40,116 bases of DNA from Spirochaetota bacterium (GTDB lineage: Bacteria; Spirochaetota; UBA4802; JAFGDQ01), in NCBI GenBank assembly GCA_034190185.1, contig JAXHTB010000001.1, positions 1-40,116 of the forward strand, read 5' to 3'. The notes under the pieces were generated by a model. The model was given only the letters and a program-made list of their open reading frames with translations, searched no databases and had not been told where the DNA came from. Shown here in pieces: positions 9,719 to 17,421 of this stretch; position 1 is the first letter of the stretch, and each line of letters starts with the position of its first letter. Made by a program: the position numbers and the translations under genes.

Positions 9719-10924
9719 ATGAAAGAGAAGAGTAAAGTATTATCTTTGTTATTTTTTTCAGTAAGCATTTTTTTCTTGAACAGTTCAAATACTAAGGCAA
9801 AAGAGGTTAGGGGAGTATCAGAGAATTTAGTAAAGATTGGTCTTAGCATGGATCAAACAGGTCCTGCTGCCTCTACACTTGTTCCTCTTACAAATGCAGT
9901 TCGAAATTTAGCTAGACATGTGAATGAGATTGGCGGTATTAATGGTAGAAAATTAAAAATAATTGTTGAAGATGATCGTTATTCAATCCCACCAGCTATA
10001 GCTGCAATAAAAAAACTAGTATACAAAGATAAAATATTTGCACTTATTGGTCCCAGTTCGGCAAGTTTAATAAATGTTATATGGAAACATATCCAGAAAA
10101 ATAAATTACCGACTATTGTTGCACCATCAACTGAGGTTGCTGTTGTACCTTACAAAAAGTATTTATTCATCTTTACTGAGACTTATACAGGTCAAGCGAA
10201 AATTCTAGTCAACTATATGATCAATGATTATAAAATGAAGAAAAGGAGGATCGGTCTAGTCTATCCTGACACTGAGACTGGAAAAACTGATTTAAGGGCA
10301 GTTTTACCGAAATTAGAACAGTATAAAATTAAACCAGTTACAAGTCAAATATTGATGCCTGGTGCATTAGATGCTACATCTCAGGTTTTAAATTTGAAAA
10401 GGAATAGGGTAAATTGTATACTAAATATTGGGACAATTCCACCAACATCTGTCACCCTACTCAGGGAATTAATGAAGTTTGGATTAAAAATTCCGGTCTT
10501 TCAAACTTATGGTGCTATGTTAGGTGAGGAACTAGCTCAAATGGGAAAGATAGCAGAGAATACATATATAGTTCATGCTATTTCACCATGGTATGGAGAG
10601 GGTGCTGGAGTTGCAGAGATGAGGAAGATAACTTTAAAATATCATCCAGGAACTGAAAAACCGTATCGCGGTACCGCATATACTGGTGGATGGGCATTAG
10701 AGTCTGCCCTTGTTATTGGGATGAAAAAAGCAGGAAGAGATCTTAATTGCAATACATTGATTAAGGCTCTTGAGACTTTCAAAGATTATGATAATGGTGG
10801 ATTATGCGGAATTATTAATTACAGTCCCACAAGCCATAAAGGTGGGGATACTGCTAGAATATTTAAAGTTGATACCAATAGTAAGAAATATGTTGCCATT
10901 ACAGGATGGCTAAAGGCAGAATAG
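9719..10924 (+). CDS. ABC transporter periplasmic substrate-binding protein (Peripla_BP_6 / LivK-like), second family
   Basis: 401 aa with a signal peptide (LLFFSVSIFFLNSSNTKA). IGLSMDQTGPAAS...NEIGGINGRKLKIIVEDD is the canonical N-lobe of Leu/Ile/Val-type PBPs. Confidence 0.85.
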   Translation: MKEKSKVLSLLFFSVSIFFLNSSNTKAKEVRGVSENLVKIGLSMDQTGPAASTLVPLTNAVRNLARHVNEIGGINGRKLKIIVEDDRYSIPPAIAAIKKLVYKDKIFALIGPSSASLINVIWKHIQKNKLPTIVAPSTEVAVVPYKKYLFIFTETYTGQAKILVNYMINDYKMKKRRIGLVYPDTETGKTDLRAVLPKLEQYKIKPVTSQILMPGALDATSQVLNLKRNRVNCILNIGTIPPTSVTLLRELMKFGLKIPVFQTYGAMLGEELAQMGKIAENTYIVHAISPWYGEGAGVAEMRKITLKYHPGTEKPYRGTAYTGGWALESALVIGMKKAGRDLNCNTLIKALETFKDYDNGGLCGIINYSPTSHKGGDTARIFKVDTNSKKYVAITGWLKAE

Positions 10925-11096
10925 GAATTAACTCCCTTATAGCAACTTCAAAAGCCCTAAATGTATGTGAGATATTATCTAAAGTATTTAACCATAGTAA
11001 CAGGAAATAATCACCATTGGGATAAAATTTCACAATAAATTATTATCTTTATAAACATCATTTTACTTGGTATAAATAGTCTAATGTTGAAAGCTG

Positions 11097-12584
11097 TTAT
11101 ATATCAAATTTAAAAATATTCTCCCTGAATAATTTTAAACAAGCTTTAACTGCATCAGTATTGTAAAGGATACCTCTGTTTTCTGATATGTGATCAAGTG
11201 CCTTATCTATACTGTATGCAGCTCGGTATGGTCGATGAAACGATATGGCTTCAACTACATCGGCAATACTTATGATTTTAGTTTCAGCTAAAATTTTATC
11301 AGCTGATAGACCTGATGGATATCCTGAACCATTACATCTTTCATGATGCTGCAAAACAATTTGGGCAACAGGCCATGGGAATTCTATCATTTTTAATATA
11401 TCGTAACCCGCTTTCGAATGCGTTTTTATGAAGCTTATCTCTAATTCGGACAGACGGCCAGGTTTGTTTAGGATTTCAATAGGCACAGAGATCTTGCCGA
11501 TATCATGAAGAGTTCCGGCAACACGAATTCCCTCAATCTGATCCTCGGGCAAATCCATCTCTTTTGCAATTGCGCATGCTAGAAGCGTCATACGTTGTTG
11601 ATGACCGGCTGTATACGGATCTCTTGTTTCAGTAATTGCAGAAAGGGCAAGAACAGTTTCATCTAATGTCCTTCTTAGAGTGTTATAATTTTGTTTAAGT
11701 TTTTCTTCAGCTTGCTTTCGATCTGTGATATCCTTTGATATTACAGTCACTGATTTAATCACTTCTGTTTCAGCCTCTATTACAGGGCTTATTGTACGTA
11801 AAAAGAACCTTTTGTCCCTTTGGCTTTGATGCTCGTATATTATAGACTTCCCCGTCTTCAAAGTTTGATTTATATATTGCATAAATTCTTCTGTTTCATC
11901 ATAAGAGTGAAATTTTCCATATTCTTTCCCAATTATATCATTTAATGTTAATTCAAGCCTTGATAAATATTTTTTATTTGCATAAAGATATTGCAGGTTA
12001 TATCTATCTATCAGATATACAGCATCTTCAGTTGATTCGATAAGAGAGTGATACTGTTCTTTACTCTCCATAAGAGCCATGCAAGTCTGATTTCGAGCTG
12101 TAATGTCTATGTAGAGAATTGTGGCGGCCTTAACAAGATTTTTATATATTATCGGAATTATTCTGCATTCATACCATGCAGTTCCAGGACCATAGGCTCC
12201 TATTGATTGAATCTCGCAGATCTCTGGTTTTCTTGTTTCGAAGACACGGTTTAAGGAATTACTCAATATTTCTCGGTGTCCTTCTGATACAAAGTCATAA
12301 ATACTTTTTGGGGTTTTTCCTTTTTTTACAGGGAAATGGGACAGGTCTCTATTTATTGAATGAATAATGCCATCCTTTGATACAACCATTATTATATCTG
12401 GTGTATTTTCAAGGTATATCTTAATGTTGCGTTCTAATTCATAATATTTTTTATCTACATGTATTTTTTTAGTGTTGGATGTTTTTATTTCAGAATTATC
12501 ATGAGATGATACATCCTGATTGTTTTTTTGTTGATTTTTTATTTTATTTTTATTATTCATGATTAAATGATTTGAATAATACAA
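11097..12584 (-). CDS. PAS-PAS-HD-GYP protein (putative c-di-GMP phosphodiesterase)
   Basis: The C-terminus carries HDIGKISVP ... HHERCNGSGYPSGL, the HD and GYP signatures. It is preceded by two PAS-like modules and a low-complexity N/K-rich N-terminus. The start codon choice is uncertain. Confidence 0.85.
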   Translation of the reverse strand: MYYSNHLIMNNKNKIKNQQKNNQDVSSHDNSEIKTSNTKKIHVDKKYYELERNIKIYLENTPDIIMVVSKDGIIHSINRDLSHFPVKKGKTPKSIYDFVSEGHREILSNSLNRVFETRKPEICEIQSIGAYGPGTAWYECRIIPIIYKNLVKAATILYIDITARNQTCMALMESKEQYHSLIESTEDAVYLIDRYNLQYLYANKKYLSRLELTLNDIIGKEYGKFHSYDETEEFMQYINQTLKTGKSIIYEHQSQRDKRFFLRTISPVIEAETEVIKSVTVISKDITDRKQAEEKLKQNYNTLRRTLDETVLALSAITETRDPYTAGHQQRMTLLACAIAKEMDLPEDQIEGIRVAGTLHDIGKISVPIEILNKPGRLSELEISFIKTHSKAGYDILKMIEFPWPVAQIVLQHHERCNGSGYPSGLSADKILAETKIISIADVVEAISFHRPYRAAYSIDKALDHISENRGILYNTDAVKACLKLFRENIFKFDI

Positions 12585-12837
12585 ATTTAATTTTAGCGAT
12601 TAAAAAAGTCAAGTTATTGTTTTTGAAGAACAGGACTTAAATTTAGAGGGATAATCATAATATTTATCGTGCTATAATAATTTTTCCATAAAAATATAAT
12701 AATTTGCTTTTCAAAAGATCAGCAATTGATATCATTTTTCAATATCTTTTCGTATATAATTTATATCCGCAGATATTGTCGATATTTACTTATAAAAAAA
12801 TGTCCTCGAACCTAAATAATAACAGATAAAAAATATT

Positions 12838-14658
12838 ATGAAAGACACAAAAATATTAATTGTTGAAGACGAGCCGTTTATAGCAATGGGCATTGAGCAG
12901 ACCTTGAGAAAATTTGAGTATAGTGTTACAGATATTGCGTGTTCCGGGGAGGAGTGTTTAAATTCGGTTTTGGTCAATAGGCCTGACTTAATACTTATGG
13001 ACATTAAATTAAGCGGAGAAATTGATGGGATTGAGGCTGCCGCTGCGATTCGAGAAAATTATGATATTCCTGTAATCTTCCTTACAGCGCTTTCTGATGA
13101 ACTATCATTGCAAAGGGCCAAGATTACTGAACCCTATGGATATATTGTTAAACCGATAAATGAAAGGGAGCTTTACTTTACAATCGAGATATCGAAATAC
13201 AGACATGAAATTGAAAATAATTTAAGAGAGAGCGAAAAAAAATACCATGCGCTATTTGAACAGTCAAGGGACCCTATTTTTTTGTTTAATGAATATGGAA
13301 ATATTACTGATATAAATCGATCAATGATTGATCTCTTCGGTTATAATAGGGATGAAATGATTGGAATGAACATGCGGGATTTATTTATTCTATTTGAAAA
13401 AGGTGATGAGTTTTTATCAAGCATAAGAGAGGCGAGTTTTGTCGAAAATTATGAAATAGAGCTTAAGAAAAAGGATTGCTCGCAGATTAATTGTTTGATA
13501 ACCTGTGTAATCATATTCGATGACCATAAAGATGATCCTGTTTGGCATAGTATTATTCGTGATATTACTGAAAAAAAACGCTTAGCAGAGGAAAAAGAGA
13601 TACTCCTGCATAATATTAGTAAGCGTGTGAAAGAATTAAACTGTTTATATACCCTCTCTGAGATTGTTGAACGGCCAGGAATTACACTTGATGAAATAAT
13701 TGAAGAGATGATAGATATTATCCCCCTTTCCTGGCAGTATCCTGATATTACATGCGTAAGAGCGGTTTTATATGACAAAGAATTTAAATCGGATAATTTT
13801 CAATTAACCGAATGGAGGCAGGCTTCTGACATCTTTATTGATGGAAAAAAAAGGGGGATCATTGAAGTCTGCTATTTGAAAGAAATGCCATTGTTGTATG
13901 AGGGACCATTTTTAAACGAAGAAAGATCCCTGATTGATTCTATTGCCGAACGTCTTGGAAGAATTGCTGAATATAAAGATGCAGTTGAAGAGTTGATTAA
14001 ATCGCGTGATCAATTACGCAGCCTTTCATCACATCTGCAATCTGTAAGAGAAGAAGAGAGAACAATGATCGCCCGTGAGATACATGATGAACTTGGTCAG
14101 TCCCTGACTGCTTTTAGGATGGATTTATCATGGATAAAAAATAGATTAAATACAGGACAGAATGAACTTATGGATAAGATTGAGTCAATGATCAATCATG
14201 TGGATGCAACTGTGGAGTCTGTCAGAAAAATATCATCTAAACTAAGACCGGGCTTATTAGACGATCTTGGGCTTTCCGCTGCAATTGAGTGGCATACGGG
14301 GAAGTATGGAAATAGCGAAACTATGAAGTGTGAGGTAGTTTGCGATCCTGAAGATATTATTGTAAATAGTGAACAAGCGATATCGATTTTTCGTATTTTT
14401 CAGGAAGCTCTAACAAATGTAGTTCGTCATTCCGGAGCTACATTGGCCGAGGTTCTGTTAACCGAAAAAGATGAGGCTGTTGAACTAACGATCAGGGATA
14501 ACGGCAAGGGCATAACTGACGAACAGGCCAACGCCCCAGGATCCTTCGGCATAATTGGCATGAGGGAAAGAGTAAATTCGTGTAGTGGTAAAATAAGTAT
14601 AAAAGGCGCTCAAAATAAAGGGACAATAGTCAAGGTGATAATCCCACTTAATAAATAG
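12838..14658 (+). CDS. Hybrid sensor histidine kinase: REC - PAS - GAF-like (LNCLY) module - HisKA_3 - HATPase_c
   Basis: The N-terminal receiver reads KILIVEDEP...DLILMDIKL...FLTA. A PAS module follows (YHALFEQSRDPIFLF). The H-box EEERTMIAREIHDELGQSLTA is of NarX/DegS type. The ATP-binding region includes DNGKGI and GIIGMRERV. Confidence 0.85.
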   Translation: MKDTKILIVEDEPFIAMGIEQTLRKFEYSVTDIACSGEECLNSVLVNRPDLILMDIKLSGEIDGIEAAAAIRENYDIPVIFLTALSDELSLQRAKITEPYGYIVKPINERELYFTIEISKYRHEIENNLRESEKKYHALFEQSRDPIFLFNEYGNITDINRSMIDLFGYNRDEMIGMNMRDLFILFEKGDEFLSSIREASFVENYEIELKKKDCSQINCLITCVIIFDDHKDDPVWHSIIRDITEKKRLAEEKEILLHNISKRVKELNCLYTLSEIVERPGITLDEIIEEMIDIIPLSWQYPDITCVRAVLYDKEFKSDNFQLTEWRQASDIFIDGKKRGIIEVCYLKEMPLLYEGPFLNEERSLIDSIAERLGRIAEYKDAVEELIKSRDQLRSLSSHLQSVREEERTMIAREIHDELGQSLTAFRMDLSWIKNRLNTGQNELMDKIESMINHVDATVESVRKISSKLRPGLLDDLGLSAAIEWHTGKYGNSETMKCEVVCDPEDIIVNSEQAISIFRIFQEALTNVVRHSGATLAEVLLTEKDEAVELTIRDNGKGITDEQANAPGSFGIIGMRERVNSCSGKISIKGAQNKGTIVKVIIPLNK

Positions 14659-14684
14659 CAATTTTTTATATATGATGGATTGAT

Positions 14685-15320
14685 ATGATAAATGTAATAA
14701 TAGCAGATGACCATGCAATTGTGAGAGCCGGATTAAAGCAGATCCTTTCGGAATGTTTGGATATGGAGGTGACTGATGAGGCTGTAGATGGGCAGGATCT
14801 ACTTGAAAAGGTGCGAAAAAAGGGGTGCGACGTAATATTGCTGGATATATCGATGCCTGGCAGAAGCGGTCTGGAAATATTGAAACAGTTAAAAGTGGAA
14901 AAACCTCGTATACCAGTTCTGGTTTTAAGTATGCACCCTGAGGAACAGTATGCCATACGAACATTAAAGGCCGGAGCCTCCGGATATTTGACAAAGGAGA
15001 CAGCTTCCGATAAATTAATTGAGGCCATTAGAATAGTCTACAATGGTGGGAAATATATCAGCCAAACCCTTGCAGAGGCTCTTGCAGATAACATAACTAG
15101 TGATAAGGAAGGTCCCCCTCATGAGTGTCTCACGGATCGTGAATATCAGGTTTTCTGCATGATAGCCTCTGGGAAAGCAGTCTCGGAAATTGCTAAGGAA
15201 TTGTTTCTTAGCGTTAAGACAATAAGCACTTATAGACGGCGTATTCTTGATAAAATGAATATGAAGAAGAATACAGAGCTGACTTACTATGCAATCGAGA
15301 ATAATATAGAATCCCTTTGA
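14685..15320 (+). CDS. NarL/LuxR-family response regulator (REC + LuxR HTH)
   Basis: Motifs IIADDH, DVILLDISMPG, VLVLS and YLTK are followed by LTDREYQVFCMIASGKAVSEIAKELFLSVKTISTYRRRILDKM. Starts 26 nt after the HisKA_3 kinase. Confidence 0.9.
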   Translation: MINVIIADDHAIVRAGLKQILSECLDMEVTDEAVDGQDLLEKVRKKGCDVILLDISMPGRSGLEILKQLKVEKPRIPVLVLSMHPEEQYAIRTLKAGASGYLTKETASDKLIEAIRIVYNGGKYISQTLAEALADNITSDKEGPPHECLTDREYQVFCMIASGKAVSEIAKELFLSVKTISTYRRRILDKMNMKKNTELTYYAIENNIESL

Positions 15321-15336
15321 TATGTAACATTATTTA

Positions 15337-15359
15337 TAGCCATTTACTGTTAATGGCTA
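15337..15359 (+). terminator. Weak hairpin after the response regulator
   Basis: TAGCCATT / AATGGCTA 8-bp stem with a 7-nt loop, followed by a T-rich tail. It is AT-rich, hence the low confidence. Confidence 0.3.
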
Positions 15360-15748
15360 GTTATTTATAAGCCATAAGCATTTTCGTAGTATTAGTTCCT
15401 TCCAATTTTTTATCAACCTCTAACTATGAACATTTGTCAATGTTTTACAGTAATCCTCCATTTTTCATGATATCGCAATTAGTATTATTCATAATTTACC
15501 CCATCGGAATATTTATTTCGGTTTGTAGGACAAATCCCTATTAGTTATGTCACTCACTCCTATAACAAATCGATCCAAAGTTTGACAAAAAAAAAGGAGT
15601 TTGAGGTGCATTAGAATAAGATTGTGACTGATTGCGTTTTTTTTCATCATCGGTTAAGTTGTCAATGCATAGTAAACAGGGTGGATTATATCGTAGAAAA
15701 TTCATTAATTTTAATGTATTTATTTTATTATACGGTAAGGAGGAATTT

Positions 15749-16225
15749 ATGAATTATAATGATGTTTTTGATAATAGTTTAAACGAATTCAAGCGTAATA
15801 TCAGGGTATTTATTATAGATGATTCTTTGTTTACATGCGGCAGGCTAATCGATCTTCTTTCCTCAGTCGAAGGGGTTAAGGTTGCCGGCATTTCCAGAAA
15901 TTCGAATGAGGCTCAAGTGATGATTGATGAGATCAAGCCTGAAGTGGTCATTCTTGAAGCTGTCTTATCCAGAGGAAGCAGCGCAGATTTGCTTTTGAAT
16001 ATCAAGCAAGATATGCCGGCAACTACTACTGTTGTATTTACCGACTATTATTATCCCGAAAATGTTGAAGAATGTGAAAATAATGGAGCAGACTATGTTT
16101 TCAATAAATTAACAGATTTTGACAGTTTGATTGATCTTATATTAAAGATATCTGTTGGTGATATATATACAACAAGATATTTTAATGAACAAAAAGACAG
16201 AATAGAAGCTGAGATAAATATTTAA
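15749..16225 (+). CDS. Stand-alone atypical receiver domain with Glu at the phospho-acceptor position
   Basis: ATG at 15749 follows AAGGAGG. The sequence aligns without gaps to the neighbouring regulator: FIIDDS (acidic pocket), VVILEAVLS vs VILLDISMP (Asp replaced by Glu), VVFTD (Thr) and YVFNK (Lys). There is no output domain. The track start at 15632 (TTG) lacks an SD. Confidence 0.7.
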   Translation: MNYNDVFDNSLNEFKRNIRVFIIDDSLFTCGRLIDLLSSVEGVKVAGISRNSNEAQVMIDEIKPEVVILEAVLSRGSSADLLLNIKQDMPATTTVVFTDYYYPENVEECENNGADYVFNKLTDFDSLIDLILKISVGDIYTTRYFNEQKDRIEAEINI

Positions 16226-16242
16226 TTATTATGGAGGAGATT

Positions 16243-16464
16243 ATGGAAGGTGTGGATGTTGCCGGAGAAGTTCTTTGTAATAAAATATTCATAGAAGATG
16301 AGGAAATCAAGAAAGATTTGAGATCGATTTTTGAAAATGGTCTGGAAGATAATAACAATATAACTAAAGGAATCAGGAAATTGGGAGATAAATTTTCGGA
16401 ATTAGCAGAAAGTATATATATATGGGCAGATATTGTCGAGATGGAAGACTTGTTAGATAAGTAA
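16243..16464 (+). CDS. Small acidic hypothetical protein (73-77 aa)
   Basis: ORF with ATGs at 16231 and 16243. The second has GGAGGAG at the correct spacing. 21 of 77 residues are D/E by my count. Starts 5-17 nt after the atypical receiver, and I recognise no domain. Confidence 0.5.
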   Translation: MEGVDVAGEVLCNKIFIEDEEIKKDLRSIFENGLEDNNNITKGIRKLGDKFSELAESIYIWADIVEMEDLLDK

Positions 16465-16628
16465 TAATATCAGGTAATTGTCCATCACAAAAATACCCCC
16501 ACGTAGGCACAAAGGAAATATGAGTTAAAAAATTATTTTAGCGTATCGGAATTTCAATTGATTTATCAATCCTCATTTATTGCTAAATATCATGTTTATT
16601 GTTTATCAATAAAGGATCCCATGAGCAG

Positions 16629-16656
16629 GTAGGGGCGACGGGCCCTTCGCCCCTAC
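16629..16656. repeat. GC-rich palindromic (REP-like) element
   Basis: GTAGGGGCGA-cgggccct-TCGCCCCTAC: a perfect 10-bp stem in otherwise AT-rich intergenic DNA. A decayed second copy lies at 28385..28412. Confidence 0.6.
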
Positions 16657-16730
16657 ATCTACTAAAGATGTGAAATATTGTAAGAGGGGATGCCGGAGAA
16701 GAGAATATTCTAAACGGGAGGGGATGCTAA

Positions 16731-16898
16731 ATGACTCAATATATTGGCGAGATATTGTTAGATTATAAGAAAATATTACCTGATCAATTAAAAGTGGCCT
16801 TAGAGATTCAAAAGAATGAGGGGAGTAGTTTAGGAGAGATACTTATCAGGCTTCGATTTATTGATGAAGAGACTCTTCGAAAATATCTAATACGATAA
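16731..16898 (+). CDS. 55-aa stand-alone MshEN / T2SSE_N-like domain protein (candidate c-di-GMP receptor)
   Basis: Not in the ORF track (<60 aa). The ATG is preceded by GGGAGGGG at 7-nt spacing. The translation is MTQYIGEILLDYKKILPDQLKVALEIQKNEGSSLGEILIRLRFIDEETLRKYLIR. It shows the tandem LGE-[IL]-L...L..AL..Q / LGEIL...[FI]...E..L..L repeats of the GspE/PilB/MshE N-terminal domain. Confidence 0.6.
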   Translation: MTQYIGEILLDYKKILPDQLKVALEIQKNEGSSLGEILIRLRFIDEETLRKYLIR

Positions 16899-16973
16899 GA
16901 AGCAATCGTTGAAGTGAAGAGGTGCTTCCATAATCATGTATACTTAAGATGGTGATAAACTGTGATTTTATAC

Positions 16974-17104
16974 CGCTGATGAACGCAGATTTAAAAGGAT
17001 TATATATTCAAATGAACTTTTACAAACTTAACAAAATTTTCATTGGCTATTTAGTTTCAATCGCTTAAAATCTTCAAAAAAATAAAAATCTGCGTTTATC
17101 AGCG
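16974..17104. repeat. Inverted-repeat element (19-bp arms, 93-nt spacer)
   Basis: CGCTGATGAACGCAGATTT (16974..16992) pairs with AAATCTGCGTTTATCAGCG (17086..17104). The single mismatch is a G.U pair if transcribed from the + strand. A partial third arm (aaaatctacggc) follows. Confidence 0.5.
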
Positions 17105-17421
17105 AAAATCTACGGCAAAAATACATGAATAATAATTGTCAATTATGCCCTTTGTGGGTGTGGGTTTGATGAGCAATAGAAAAAAGGCGTATTAATGACC
17201 AAAAATGTACACATTTATATCAGGATGAGCGTATTCTCTTATTGCTAAGAGGGGTAAGTAATTTTTTTTATTACAAAGGCAATTCCCTATATGACTGAGA
17301 AGGCTTCTGAAAGTGCACCACCCTGGAATCATTGCGAATGCATGATCAATGGATTTATATATCTAAAGGATATAGTTAATAGCTCATATAAGCTACATAG
17401 AAAGGTTTTTAAGGAAATAGA

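Noticed and set aside
14485-15028. Two long minus-strand ORFs (169 aa and 120 aa) overlapping the end of the HisKA_3 kinase and the NarL-type regulator
   Set aside because: They lie antisense to two genes with unmistakable domain signatures. They have no SD and no recognisable motif, so they are typical shadow ORFs. The same reasoning applies to 28482..28853 (antisense to ppdK), 33793..34188 and 34204..34455 (antisense to the methyltransferase and coaE), 13449..13778, 21013..21378, 21891..22214 and the other short antisense entries in the track.
15632-15748. Upstream TTG extension of the atypical receiver ORF (39 extra codons)
   Set aside because: There is no SD at 15632. The internal ATG at 15749 has AAGGAGG at ideal spacing, and the receiver fold begins shortly after it.
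16684-16765. Mini-ORFs starting at the ATG inside each GAGGGGATGC repeat (7 aa and 14 aa) as leader peptides
   Set aside because: In both cases the SD-like G-run abuts the ATG with zero spacing, which is unfavourable for initiation. The same G-run is correctly spaced for the 16731 ATG.
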